NCBI GenBank assembly: GCA_963837175.1
Contig: CAWIMJ010000008.1
Location: 58,946-122,945, forward strand
Direction of reading: 5' to 3'
DNA from: an uncultured Nitrososphaeraceae archaeon
GTDB lineage: Archaea > Thermoproteota > Nitrososphaeria > Nitrososphaerales > Nitrososphaeraceae
Length of the DNA: 64,000 nucleotides
Shown: positions 1-11,870 of the stretch, piece by piece
Layout: each line of letters opens with the position of its first letter
How positions within the stretch are numbered: the first letter of the stretch is position 1
The notes under the pieces: model-generated
What the model saw: the letters and a program-made list of their open reading frames with translations, nothing else
Told to the model about the DNA's origin: nothing
The model's database searches: none
Translations under genes and position numbers: made by a program

Positions 1-387
1 ATCAACGGGTTTACCTGCCTCTATCTTGTATGAAATTTGCTTTATTTTCGATTGTTCTTTACATATCTTTATTCTCTCTTCCAGTATTTTTCTTATCCCC
101 GCTTCTACCATACTTTTCATCTCTTCCTTCGCTTTTTCCAATGGTCTTTCAGGTGCTATAAATGCAAGGAGCGTACTTGGAGGAATGTCTCTAGCAAATT
201 CAATTGCATGGACCATCTTAATATGCGCTCCAGTTATTTTTGATATGTACACTGCATGTGCAAGAGCTTTATCTAACATCTGTGAGGTGTCGTGTGGAAC
301 AAGTACTTTCTGATATCGAAGTTTATCTGATGTTAACCTTAATAGTGAAGAAAAATCACCAGTGTTTATTGTTGTTGTCCCCGACAT
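1..387 (-). CDS. Universal stress protein (USP), 3' end outside window
   Basis: Not in the ORF track. Manual translation from ATG at 387 gives MSGTTT...YQKVLVPHDTSQMLDKALAHAVYISK...YKIEAGKPVD, a paralog of the USP at 1174-2049. Confidence 0.85.
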   Translation of the reverse strand, partial: MSGTTTINTGDFSSLLRLTSDKLRYQKVLVPHDTSQMLDKALAHAVYISKITGAHIKMVHAIEFARDIPPSTLLAFIAPERPLEKAKEEMKSMVEAGIRKILEERIKICKEQSKIKQISYKIEAGKPVD

Positions 388-1173
388 GATATTATATACT
401 AATCACAACATTTTATTTAATACCACAAAATTAAAAGTTAGCAATTCTTACAATTTTGTATTAACTAGGCTAATTGTTTAGCTATATTTATCGTTGATAT
501 AACTCAAATAGGTTTTTTATTCTTGTTTTTGATAAGTCGGACCAAGGTTTCAAAATCCTCTATACTAATTGCTTCATTTTAATCTGTGTTATCTTTTTCA
601 ATTCCAATGTTTTGCATGTAGTAGTTACCTTCTATAATCTGATAACATTTCAAAATATCCATCGTCGTTCACGTTGACAATGATTGGCTATAGGAGTCAC
701 TATTCTTTTTAAATCAACGGGTTCTGTGATATATATGAATAAAGTTCAGTCTAAGTCGATTTCCCAAATTAGTATTGGCCGTATTGATTTTTTTGGTAAT
801 AGAAAAAAATGTGTATAGGAAGGAGACATCTTTGAGTCGCGTCATAAATGAAAATAAATTATTTATAAATGAGCACATAATGCAAGGATTTGTAACCAGA
901 ATGAAATGGTGCATAGGAAGAGTAGTAGAACAATAATCTTGGATAACTCAATTTAACGACTTATTTATGGAAACTTTAGTTAATTATCTTCGATATATTA
1001 AAAAAACCAAAGACATTCTTGGGACTATCACAAAGTGATTTCTTTCTGGAATTACAACGCAATCTGTGCAGATAGTACGTAATAGAAGATAGACATTAGC
1101 ATTGGATCAAGAACTGTTTACCATCGAACATTTGGTATTTATATTATCAATTTAGATGGTTGTTCTATAGCCT

Positions 1174-2049
1174 TTATTCATGTATAACAAGCACAGGTTT
1201 CTTAACGGTGCGTATTACCTTTCTAGTGGTACTTCCAAGAACTCTTACTGAGGAAGTAATTTTGCTGCTTGCCATTACCACTAAATCAATATTCATCTCT
1301 TCTGACAGCTTAACTATTTCATCGAGTGGTTTGCCCGTTTGTATTTTATAAAATACTTGACTTTTCACTCCTGCTTCTTTGCAGAATTTCATCTTCTCTT
1401 CTATCATTCGTTTAACTCCCCCTTCCATAGTAATTTCTACGTCTGTGTTTGCTTTGTCAAGCTCGCCTCCCTCACCTCCTTTCATAGTGGCTAGGACCGC
1501 AGAGGAATCTGTACCTTCAATGCTATCAAGTACATTTAGAATAATAATGTCAGCATCTGATAGCTTTGATAAATAAATAGCATGACTCAAAGCTCTGTCA
1601 GATATCTCTGAGCCATCATGAGGTATCAATATCCTTTTGTATTTAGGAATAACATCATGACTTTGTCGTGATAGAAAAGCAGAAGTTGCGGAGGCTGGTT
1701 GTTGATGCTCTTTCATGGATTGTAATGGTTGAGATTGTTCTGTCTCTATCGACTTTAGTTCTAGATCTTTCTCCTGCTTTTTCTTCTCCTCAAATGACGA
1801 AGGTTGTTGCCGATGTCCTCCAATAGATCCTTCTTCCACATCTGATACTACCTCTTCTCCAGTGGCAGATTGGAATTCGGTACCTTCTGACATGTTATCA
1901 TCTGACGTTTTTTTGCCCTCTTCTGATAACAATCCCTTAAAATTCTTCTTTTCGAAATCTCCTTTGGATGGTGAAGATGCGGTCATTTCATCTTTCTCTT
2001 CAGTTAATGGTTGCTTTATCTTCTTTTGAAACCAGTTTTTTAAACCCAC
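1174..2049 (-). CDS. Universal stress protein with long charged N-terminal extension
   Basis: YKRILIPHDGSEISDRAL...GKPLDEIVK...DLVVMAS...LGSTTRKV USP motifs. Confidence 0.9.
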   Translation of the reverse strand: MGLKNWFQKKIKQPLTEEKDEMTASSPSKGDFEKKNFKGLLSEEGKKTSDDNMSEGTEFQSATGEEVVSDVEEGSIGGHRQQPSSFEEKKKQEKDLELKSIETEQSQPLQSMKEHQQPASATSAFLSRQSHDVIPKYKRILIPHDGSEISDRALSHAIYLSKLSDADIIILNVLDSIEGTDSSAVLATMKGGEGGELDKANTDVEITMEGGVKRMIEEKMKFCKEAGVKSQVFYKIQTGKPLDEIVKLSEEMNIDLVVMASSKITSSVRVLGSTTRKVIRTVKKPVLVIHE

Positions 2050-3061
2050 AATTCTATATATAGCAGAGCCTACTATTAGAATTATGTTTATTCTGAAGCA
2101 TCATTGTTAACAGAAAGTAAATTTTATGTGCATTTGCTCCTTATTTAAAGTCGATGTCTAGTTTAAATGATCTAGGCTTTTGAATATCATTATTTTATCT
2201 AAATGTTATAAGATATTTAAGAGAACATAGAAAATTCTCCTGGCTTGGTGGAATATAAAAGACAGATTTACCTCAATAATTCACCAAGTTCCAGTATGAC
2301 CGATACTTGTACAGCAAGCAAGGGCACAGGATATGGACTTTAGTTACGAACAAGGGAAAGAGAATAGATGTAGTGGCGATGTTTTTTTTACTAACACAAC
2401 AACAATAACATTTAGTCCATGATTAGAAGCCTAAAACATAAACAGTTCTTACTGCTGCAATCCATGTTTTTTCTTCATTAAACCAAAATAAGCATATTAT
2501 ATTAATATATATAGATAAATAAAATCACTCATAATCTAATGGTATTTCAATATTAGTTAACATATGATGTTTGTACATAATCTAGACGTGTTCGCCGATC
2601 CTATGATATTATATATATTATATGACAAGATCTGAATTAAATCATCTTAAAATCCATTAACAGTTTATCGTTACGCCATCTCATTTCTCAGACATGTACA
2701 TATATATTTATCGCATTACAAAGAAAGGAAAGCTTGACTAAAAGGAAATATAATGTTTTAGATAAATGAAGCTAACTGCAATATCGAGTAATGCATATTG
2801 CATAAGAAACTATTACTAGTGCTATTGAATCAATTAGCAATATTGCCTTTACTATTATGAAAACTTACTTCTTTTTATTTCAATAAATCGATTCTTTTAT
2901 TCTTCAGTTCTACTACTACCATTATAGATTGAGTTTTATGATAAAGTGAAATATCCATTTTTCTTTAAATATGATACAAATTATGTTTATCAAATAAATA
3001 GATATTAAAGATAGATTCGGATTCTAGGTTGCTTTGTATTGCTACCAATATAAAGGATAAA

Positions 3062-3442
3062 TCACTCATTTTTTCTTTTCATCAATCCATTGATATATCC
3101 TGTCTCAAGCATTAAAAGTGAATATAAGATATTTGCTATATGTGTCTGTATTATTGATTGTACTGCCTGATTATCCTCTTGTGTATTTGTCTCAGTAGTA
3201 TATTCGACTTCTGTAGTAATATTTCCAGATATTTTTAATCGGATTGTTTCGATAATTTCAATCTGGTTCCCTTGAATAATAGTTCTGAAGGTCAGCTTTC
3301 TGTTTGTCCTGTCGACTACCAGCGTTTTTGTAACTCCAATAAAGAATTCAGGAAAGAGCTTTTCTAAACGTGTATCTTTAAGAGCAAGGTAGATTGTGTT
3401 AGATGGAACACGTAAGGTTATAGTTTTTGAAATTACAGACAT
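3062..3442 (-). CDS. Hypothetical protein, possibly SRPBCC-like fold
   Basis: 126 aa ORF with coding-like composition; only weak resemblance to SRPBCC N-termini. Confidence 0.55.
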   Translation of the reverse strand: MSVISKTITLRVPSNTIYLALKDTRLEKLFPEFFIGVTKTLVVDRTNRKLTFRTIIQGNQIEIIETIRLKISGNITTEVEYTTETNTQEDNQAVQSIIQTHIANILYSLLMLETGYINGLMKRKNE

Positions 3443-4502
3443 CGTAGCTGATAGTACAATTATTTTGCTTCTATATTTTTCGTAGAAGAAGGATTCACAT
3501 ATACACTTCTATCATACTTTAAATGAACGCTCTACTCATCAACTTCTATAATACAGATTTATACTATTGATTATTTTGCGACTAGTTTATATATTTTGGT
3601 CAGTGTTATTTGCATTTTCTCATCTATCTTGGTGTCTTTGTTTATGTCACATCAGACACTTTTTGTTCCTTTATCATGACTTTTGAAAATATTCTTGGTT
3701 TATCGCGGGTTAAACCTTTGGTTTGTCAAATATAATAAAAAATACTCATTGTGTTTATTAACATTATCAGCATCCACTAGTTTCCTTATATTTGTAATTG
3801 TCACAAGTCTTTTTCCTGCAGATAGAGGGGCTATTATCAGCCAGTTCCGTGTTTGGCCTTTCCCTTCTATCACAATAATAGCCTTCGGTGAACGGAACAG
3901 AAACCCGGGCCATCATTTTGCAGGTGTAAATATAATCTAGTCTTTTTATATAAACAATACCCAAGCCTGTACTTGACATATATTAATCATGACCAATAAT
4001 AATCCTTACCAGCTATTCTAAGGGTTGTTTTTACTACAAATACTTCCCTAACCAACCGCCTATCCACTTTGATTCATCAGCATATCCTTAATATAACAGG
4101 TTAAATTTCCGTGCTAATCCTATTGTAGTAGTTGATTTTATTAGTTTTTTATCAGGTCCAGAGCGAAATTTCATCTCCTTGTAATAAATGATATAGGTAT
4201 GAAACACAGTATTGGCATTTAGAAATCCGGTATAATATTATAACAAATAGATCTTCAAATCCTAGATGCTGCTTTTTGTGGTCAATATTCGAGTGTGACG
4301 GACCAGATGCATCAAATCTTGACAGGAATAACTGAAAAAAACATGTAATAATAAAAAATCAATCACTAATTATCACCAACAGGAGCAAGCAAAACCCTCT
4401 TCTTTCAAAATCATGCTTGTAGAAGAATAACAAGAGAGACTCAACTTAAAATTTTCTCCAAGCAATCAAATAATTAATATTGAAAGAGGAATAATAGGAG
4501 AT

Positions 4503-5180
4503 ATGAACCAAAGCAAAATACTGATTAGCAGCCCAGTTCTTACGGGTATATTAATAGCGATAATATCTGTGATACTTGCTGGCAGTATTTCTAAAAATAT
4601 CGACAACGCTTTTATCAAAATTGCATCAGCTGAGATTCAAAGCGAAAAAGTTACTGCATCAATAAATGGCTATATCAAAGGAGCACATATCTACAGCGCT
4701 CAATTTAAAACTGATAAGGCTGAATTCAAAAGAGCTCCAGACTTTACAGAAATTACAGGATATATAAATACAGACCCAGTAAAACTTGGAGATTTAAATG
4801 GAAAAGTTGTACTTGTTCATTTTTGGACTTATACATGTGAAAATTGTATTCATATGATTCCATATCTGAATAAATGGCAACAAAACTATGCGGACAAAGG
4901 TTTAATCATTATAGGAATACATACTCCAGAGTTTGAATTTGAGAAAAATACAAATAATGTCAAACAAGCTGTAAAAGAATATCAGATAGAGTATCCAGTA
5001 CTTCAGGATAACAACTATGCAACATGGAAAGCTTATCAAAATAGATACTGGCCAAGGGATTATCTTATTGATACTCAAGGTTTTATAAGATACGACCACA
5101 TTGGTGAAGGAAATTATGATGAAACAGAAAAAGCAATCCAGTCACTGCTAGCGGAAGGAACTGCACAGGGAAGCAGTTAA
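4503..5180 (+). CDS. Membrane-anchored/secreted thioredoxin-like redoxin (DipZ-type TlpA family)
   Basis: N-terminal hydrophobic helix; FWTYTCENC (CxxC), GIHTPEFEFEK, NRYWP. Confidence 0.9.
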   Translation: MNQSKILISSPVLTGILIAIISVILAGSISKNIDNAFIKIASAEIQSEKVTASINGYIKGAHIYSAQFKTDKAEFKRAPDFTEITGYINTDPVKLGDLNGKVVLVHFWTYTCENCIHMIPYLNKWQQNYADKGLIIIGIHTPEFEFEKNTNNVKQAVKEYQIEYPVLQDNNYATWKAYQNRYWPRDYLIDTQGFIRYDHIGEGNYDETEKAIQSLLAEGTAQGSS

Positions 5181-5841
5181 TGATTTTATAGTAAATCCAA
5201 AATGGGTATGAACCTTTTTTGATAGCAGTGTATTATGCTTTTAGAAATACTGCCTGCTACTAGCCCCTATTCAGTAGTACAAGTGAATGAAACGAAAGTT
5301 AGATGCTTTTAAAGTTAGAACAAAAGACTGAATTGATATTTTAACAGTTATGATAAAGAGAGTCTTCATAGCAAGTAACAAAAGCATTCCAAAATTCTAT
5401 GTACCTATTCTAATATGAATTCGTTTGTCTAAACAGATATATTTTGTTTTGTAATAACTGTAGTTTTGTATTATTGTCTAAACTATGAATTAATAGTACG
5501 TGTTATCGATTAATATTTTGTTTAATAATTTACATGAGATAACTACATGATGTTATTTATTGAATTGATTTCTTTTATATTTTGAGTTATCTTAATATCG
5601 CCAATTACCATGATTAGATCCATTTGAAGTATGACAATAGTACGAAGCATAATATGATTGCTGTCACATGTTGAAATTGTTCTCACACACGTACTGATGA
5701 ACAGCATTTTACCTATTACTGTAAATCATGTACAAGTCCTGTGTTTCAAAAATTATTTATCATGCTAACTGTTGTCAATAAATCATTTTCTTTTGTTATA
5801 TTCATATTATCTTTCTCTCTAAAACCTATTTTCCTTCTATG

Positions 5842-6519
5842 CTATGCCTTATATCCTATCAACAAAGCCATCTCAAGCCATTTCCAATAGCAATCCACAT
5901 CTACAAATCCTAGATCTCTAAGCCAACCTAGTTGTGTTTCCATAGGCAGTAGCCTATTAGCTTTATCCTCTTTCTGAGGCGTATAACCGATGGCATTTAG
6001 AAAGCTAACATGAAGTTCTACAGAAGGCGATGCTACATGTTCAAGATTACAAAAGACGCCTGTTGGATTAAGTATATCATAAATTTCCTCATAAAGCGAA
6101 CGCTTACGCTCATGTTTTAAGTGGTGAATGGCAAAACTTGATACAATAGCATCAAAATAGTCTAGATCTGGTAATGGCAAGCTAAGATCGTGTTCTATAA
6201 TCTTAACCTTTGAATCATTAGCAAAGTGATCTTTGGCAGCTTTTAGCATGGTTGGAGATACATCTAAGGCTACTGCTTCTATGTCTGGTCTATCTGTCTT
6301 TATCAATTTTATTAGTCGTCCATCTCCTGTACCAAGATCTAGTATTCGATTTGCATCTTTAGGAATATGATCAATTAAAACAGCTTCGCCTTCTGTACGA
6401 TGTGGAAGATTATCGGCTACATTTAGATATGCCAAAGCATTTTGGGTATTAGACCATTCCTTTGCAGATCGGCTCATTGTGATTATGTACAAATAATAAT
6501 AACTTATTTTGTTGTTCAA
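5842..6519 (-). CDS. Class I SAM-dependent methyltransferase
   Basis: ILDLGTGDG motif I, FDAIVSSFAIHH; true start probably the internal Met (MSRSAKEW). Confidence 0.9.
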   Translation of the reverse strand: MNNKISYYYLYIITMSRSAKEWSNTQNALAYLNVADNLPHRTEGEAVLIDHIPKDANRILDLGTGDGRLIKLIKTDRPDIEAVALDVSPTMLKAAKDHFANDSKVKIIEHDLSLPLPDLDYFDAIVSSFAIHHLKHERKRSLYEEIYDILNPTGVFCNLEHVASPSVELHVSFLNAIGYTPQKEDKANRLLPMETQLGWLRDLGFVDVDCYWKWLEMALLIGYKA

Positions 6520-7187
6520 ATACTTTTCTTACTTCTTAATATGGATTCCTTCTTTTCTGAGCAAAGATGGTCATAATGTGGATACTCCAACTCTTACTTG
6601 CCTAGGTGAAAGAAGTCATCTGGTATCCAGAAATATTGGATTGGATACTCATATCCTTGACATAACTCAAGTATTAGAATACGAAGATCTCAATGAAGTA
6701 ATTTTAGTTGGCCATAGTTATGGGGATTAGTTATTGGAGGAGCAGCAGAGACAATTCCTGATAGAATTAGACCGCTTGTTTATCTTGATGCATACATACC
6801 ACAAGACAACAAAAGTGCATTCGACTTAGTATCATGTTTAGAAACCATTTACAAGGAAAGAGCATTAAAAGAGCCGGGCAAGGAATGGCTGGTTGCGTCA
6901 TACACACCAGAAGAATTTAGCGTGACTAATCGTGTTGATATTAACTGGATGAATACTAGATTATCTCCTGTGACATGGGATACTCATGACCAATCAATAA
7001 GAATAACTAATCCCAAAGCCAAAAGAATACCTAAAGGTTACATCTATAGCACCGAATCCGGAGATTCTCAATTTAAGGCTTAAAAGTCACCAACAGATTG
7101 AATTATCATGAATTAGCGAAAGGACATGATGCAATGGTTACATTTCCAAATGAATTGGCTCAATTAATGCTGACAATGATCAAATAA
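6509..7187 (+). pseudogene. Alpha/beta hydrolase (esterase) pseudogene
   Basis: PTLTCLGER...ILVGHSYG, then a frameshift near 6725 into LVIGGAAETIPDRI..LVYLDAYIP; further stop and frameshift before GHDAMVTFPNELA. 5' end missing. Confidence 0.85.
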
Positions 7188-7403
7188 TAATAGTAATAAT
7201 AGTACTAGTTTTTTTATATGTGAGTGTCTCTGTGGTGGAATTTTTTTCAGCGTATGACATTGTCATATAGTTGGTCATATAGTTACATTGAAAAATTTGA
7301 CCCCCTAGAGAGAGCAAAAATTATTTGTGCTCCTACAAATTCATAAAGAGGTCAGACATATATTAGATTTTAAGAAACAAGAGCAGCAGCTCCTATCTTA
7401 TTC

Positions 7404-7824
7404 TTATTTCCACTCCCACGCTTTAGACGAGCAATTTCCCATCTCATCGACCTCATATTCAAAGACTCCAACAAGATTATTTAGAAAGGATAGTTTTCCA
7501 TTTTTTGAGTTTGTACCTGAAGAACAGCAATCCACGAAAGCTTATTTTTCCTGGGCTACTAAACCTGCCTATTCCTTGACCAGTCCAAGTTGCCATCTCT
7601 TGACCATCTTTAGTAGTTACTACTCCTTGTCCTTTCCCATACATAACTCATCCTTCTTCTCATTGTCTTAGTAAAGACGAGTAAGTTCCAATATTAGTAC
7701 CCTCTGTTCCTTTGTATTTTCCATCCGTTACAAAAGAACTTTCTATCTTAGGTCCCTCATCATCCAGAACTCTTTGGCCTGTTATCTTGCCTTTATCTTC
7801 TATAATTAATTCTCCTAATGCCAT
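7404..7824 (-). pseudogene. Pseudogene of an uncharacterised 'GKLSFLNN...WxWK' family protein
   Basis: MALGELIIEDKGKITGQRVLD...GQGVVTTKDGQEMATWTG...GKLSFLNNLVGVFEYEVDEMGN...WEWK with two in-frame TGA and one frameshift; similar to 45267-45776. Confidence 0.8.
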
Positions 7825-8425
7825 AATTATCTCAGTATGGTAGCGGAAGAACCTATACTTAAGGAAACACGGATCAGAAATTCATGTAGTTAGCCAACTA
7901 GTGTGAATCATCATTAAGAGATATATGCTTCTATCTTCTTGAATTTATAAATATTGTTTTTTTCATAGATAGATCCATAAAGAAGATTAGAAGATATGTG
8001 ATCTCTGCTTACAACATAGACTTCGGATATAGAACTAGAAGCCATTTAGTGGTGGAGCATTTACTTCTAGAAAACAGTTTATAAGACATAGAACTGATAT
8101 CTGAACTGTTTTCAACTGTATTCCTTCAGATACTCTAGGTGCCTCTGAAAAAGTAAGAAAGACAGAATCTTAGGAAATAACGAAATATTGATGTACATGA
8201 ACAGAGTTCATACTCTTAAAAATTGTATATATATTATCCACGACTATTAGTCGTTTGTGTGGATATCTCTGACTAAAATTTTAAAGAATACGAAAAGATA
8301 TAATCATGTATGACTCAAGATATTGTGAAAGTTTCGAGAGACTTTGTTGTTGTATAAGCGACTGATAGATTTGCTAACTATCTCTTGCATTATTAATATA
8401 TATTATTGCATGTACGACTAAAAGA

Positions 8426-9016
8426 ATGCAAGTAGAAGACAAGACAAACATAGTATTATCCAAACCAATATTGTATGTTCCTAAAATAATATTCTTAACA
8501 AAAGGCAAAGGCTTACATAAAGACTACCTTACAAGCTTCGAATTAGCCTTGCGGGATGCAGAAATAGCTGATCTAAATCTAGTCTCTGTATCTAGTATAA
8601 AACCACCACAATGCAAAATAGTTTCTAGACGAGAAGGCAGAAAATATTTAATACCTGGAGAAATTGTTTTTACTATTTTAGCTCGTTCCTCTACTAATGA
8701 ACCAAACAGGCTGATCGCTGCTTCTATTGGTCTTGCTAGACCCGCTGATGATACACAACATGGTTATCTATCTGAACATCATTCAACAGGTGAAACAGCA
8801 CAAAAGGCTGGAGATCATGCCGAAGATATGGCTATGGAAATGCTTGCTACAACGCTAGGTTTACCAAATGATCCTACTCTTACTTGGGATCAAAGGGAAG
8901 AACAATGGAAGCTTTCAGGTAAGATTTACAAGACTCAAAATATTACTCAATCTGCAGAAGGAAATAAAGATGGTCTATGGACGACTGTAATAAGCGCTGC
9001 TATCCTGATACTATAG
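8426..9016 (+). CDS. pdaD: Pyruvoyl-dependent arginine decarboxylase
   Basis: SFELALRDA-x(5)-NLVSVSSIKPP (Ser-Ser self-cleavage site), GYLSEHH, WTTVISAA. Confidence 0.92.
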   Translation: MQVEDKTNIVLSKPILYVPKIIFLTKGKGLHKDYLTSFELALRDAEIADLNLVSVSSIKPPQCKIVSRREGRKYLIPGEIVFTILARSSTNEPNRLIAASIGLARPADDTQHGYLSEHHSTGETAQKAGDHAEDMAMEMLATTLGLPNDPTLTWDQREEQWKLSGKIYKTQNITQSAEGNKDGLWTTVISAAILIL

Positions 9017-9085
9017 AAGGTAGATACGACAATAAACAGTTAAAGGTGAACATACATATCAATTTTTTGTTCCATCGTAATTTAG

Positions 9086-9574
9086 ATGTTAATGAAGTTA
9101 TGGATAGTTCTATGCAAGACTTCTATTAATTCTTACAAAGATAACGGGTGTCAACGAGAATCATACAACGAATTCAACGAGTTGAGAATTAGTAAAGGTT
9201 TATCAGTAGACTCTGAAGAGTTTCAAAGCTGGATTGCTGGAGATCAGGAGTTCAAATATTGGAAGATAAAACCTGTCGTTGTTCCAAACGAGGATTATAA
9301 TCATGAGAATCCGGAGGCCAATATGAAGACAGAAATAGTTAAAGATAAAAAGTCAAAGCAGCCCAAGTTAGATGAATCTGGCAAGGTTAAAACTATACAG
9401 GTTCAGGCAGTTACAGAGGAACGGGAGAAGGTATACACATGCTTGCATATTGGTAGTAAGATTAGAGGCTATGAAATAGATCAAGCAAAATATATAACAG
9501 AAATGGTTAGGGCATCGGCAGCCATGCTAAAGACTTTAGGCATTAATGTGGTAAATGACATTAAAGACGATTGA
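9086..9574 (+). CDS. Hypothetical protein (possibly a 3' fragment of a larger gene)
   Basis: 162 aa charged ORF, no recognised motif. Confidence 0.5.
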   Translation: MLMKLWIVLCKTSINSYKDNGCQRESYNEFNELRISKGLSVDSEEFQSWIAGDQEFKYWKIKPVVVPNEDYNHENPEANMKTEIVKDKKSKQPKLDESGKVKTIQVQAVTEEREKVYTCLHIGSKIRGYEIDQAKYITEMVRASAAMLKTLGINVVNDIKDD

Positions 9575-9723
9575 TATAGGTGTAGAATAAAAAAGAAGAA
9601 AGACGGTAAAGAAATTATAGTAGATTTGATTGATTGATTAATTGATTAATTAATCAATATTTGATTGAATTGGAAACACTGAAAAATTGTAAAACGCAAT
9701 ACCTTTTGAATTAAATTAAGAAA

Positions 9724-9936
9724 ATGGTAAAGTGCAAATACTGTAACGAAGAAGAATTATATTTTGACAAAAATGAAAATGGCAAATTTGTGCCAATGGA
9801 TGTAAATACAAGGGAACCCCATAACTGTATTGAAAGACAACAACACTTACCGTCGTATTATGAGGATAAAGATGATAATAGTTTTTCTACTACTACAGGT
9901 GTTTCAAGCGGCAGAATGGTGGCAGTAGTCCCTTAA
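9724..9936 (+). CDS. Small putative zinc-binding protein (CxxC...HxC)
   Basis: MVKCKYCNEE...GKFVPMDVNTREPHNC. Confidence 0.6.
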   Translation: MVKCKYCNEEELYFDKNENGKFVPMDVNTREPHNCIERQQHLPSYYEDKDDNSFSTTTGVSSGRMVAVVP

Positions 9937-10319
9937 AGGAGTGTCTTGGCCAATATAGCAGCAACTCCCTAAAATGGCAATATCAGCAACTTCTTTTATT
10001 TACTTTGTTGATTTTCTATTAAAATTAAAATTTTGTCTATATGATGATCCTAGTTTCGCAGTAATGAATTCAAATGCTACTAATGATTTGTCTTATGCTA
10101 TTCGAACTATGTATATATCTACTCCAGCCAGAGTCATATTATTACACTTCTTCCTCTGATAGTAGTTCGTCTTAGTTATTTATACCAGTAACTACTACAA
10201 CTATCACAACCCAAGTGTAGGCATACTAGATTCATCTTGAAATGGAACAACTACCACTAATACAAAATAAGAGGAAGCAGATTCATGAATTATTCTATTT
10301 AGATCCTACGTTAGAGATA

Positions 10320-11231
10320 CTACTTACTAGCCGTTGCATTAGGACTTCCTGTTGGACTCCCTGTTTGAAGCATCTCCTCTTGCTCTAACTGATCTTCTAT
10401 CTCTGTCGCTAGTCTGTGAATAGTTTGGGCGTTGTATCCTTTTGCAAGTTCTTGGTTCACATGGAGTACACCACTATTTATCGTCTCATATGGACTTCCA
10501 ACTCTAGCTGGTAACCCATCTGCTTGTGCTTGTGTGGTTATAATGCTTCCGGGCGGTACAAATTTGTTATCAGGAATTCTAACACCATCCGTTATTGTAC
10601 TTGATACTCCTATTGCAACTCTATTACCAACTTTTGCATTAAAGATTAGACTCTTCATCCCCACAAACGTATCATTTCCAACATATGCAGGCCCATGAAC
10701 CTGTACGTCATGTGCTAAACTGACCTTATCTCCAATATATATAGCAAAACCATTTTTGAAGGCCGTATCATTTGCCTTCAAAAGAGATCCTTGCGCTGAA
10801 TATCTTCTATCATCAATATTCTTACCATGAGCTGTTGTTTCAAGTGCATGCAAACTTACGCCTTCCTGCAGATTAGAATAGTCTCCAATGTGAATAGGCG
10901 TGCCTTCGTCACCTCTGCAAACGGCAAATGATGCAACCAGTGCTAGCTTTCCTATCCTACAGTCGCCATTCACTACTGCAAAAGGATCAACATATGCAGT
11001 TTTGGATATTTTTGGAGATGTCACATTTGGATTAAAATCAGTCTGAATGCTAGGACGGATGTTTGTAGAGTTAGTTGCAGTAGTAGCGTTACTAGAATTA
11101 TTTGTAATCTTCAATTGTTGTTGCTGCTGTAGACCAGCTGCTGATGTTTTCAGAAATATTTGGTTAGAAGCCGATGCCATTATAATGGTTATCAAAAGGG
11201 CCGTCAGTATCAAACTATTATAAATTTTCAT
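10320..11231 (-). CDS. Gamma-class carbonic anhydrase (Cam-like) with signal peptide
   Basis: Hexapeptide repeats; RGDEGTPIHIG, NLQEGVSLHALET, SLAHDVQVHGPA carry the three metal-binding His; hydrophobic N-terminus. Confidence 0.92.
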   Translation of the reverse strand: MKIYNSLILTALLITIIMASASNQIFLKTSAAGLQQQQQLKITNNSSNATTATNSTNIRPSIQTDFNPNVTSPKISKTAYVDPFAVVNGDCRIGKLALVASFAVCRGDEGTPIHIGDYSNLQEGVSLHALETTAHGKNIDDRRYSAQGSLLKANDTAFKNGFAIYIGDKVSLAHDVQVHGPAYVGNDTFVGMKSLIFNAKVGNRVAIGVSSTITDGVRIPDNKFVPPGSIITTQAQADGLPARVGSPYETINSGVLHVNQELAKGYNAQTIHRLATEIEDQLEQEEMLQTGSPTGSPNATASK

Positions 11232-11311
11232 ATATGCCCATCCTTTGAATTATCATGTATATTAATATTATACTTCTCTACTAGCTTTACTCATCCTTTA
11301 TGATACAATAC

Positions 11312-11601
11312 ATTTGCATATGTTATCAACGGTGAAGCTCTTGTGGGAACCGCGGAAAAGCAAAGGATTGCAAAGACTGGACAGATTGTCGTCTTTGATA
11401 ACGTTGGAGAAGGAGTAGCAATCACTGCTTCCTCTACTACTACTCCTAATGAATCCCACCCTCGATGTGCTTCCTAGAGGAGGAATTCCATTGAACGAAC
11501 CAGTAGCAAGATACGGTCCATTTATCATGAATACTAAAGAAGAGATTCTTCAAGCAATAGAAGATTATCGTAATGGCAAGATGGGGAAAATTAACTTCTA
11601 G
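11312..11601 (+). pseudogene. Pirin family C-terminal fragment
   Basis: FAYVINGEA... then a frameshift to [35 protein letters not shown]. Confidence 0.85.
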
Positions 11602-11870
11602 AATGCGTTCAATTCTCAGATTTGAGCCAATTTTTGTATGTGAGTATTGATATATCTAATCCTTAATAGAGAATTAACGGTGAACCGGCTAAAGCGACAA
11701 GGTTGAATTAAGCCATTTCTTTTGTATAGTTAATAGTTAGGTTTACTCTACACTGGGCTTTGAAGAGCTAAATCTTTATTTTTAACTCACTTTTATTGAT
11801 TCTTTATGAAAAGTGACAAGATCAATATAAGAGTTAGTAGACAAAATTCTCATAATCTTGATAATGTGAT

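Noticed and set aside
26-313. Plus-strand ORFs 26-313 and 37-243, and similar antisense ORFs (e.g. 1160, 1379, 10432, 13162, 14930, 16037, 26887, 51614, 53534)
   Set aside because: Antisense to well-supported genes, with no motifs of their own.
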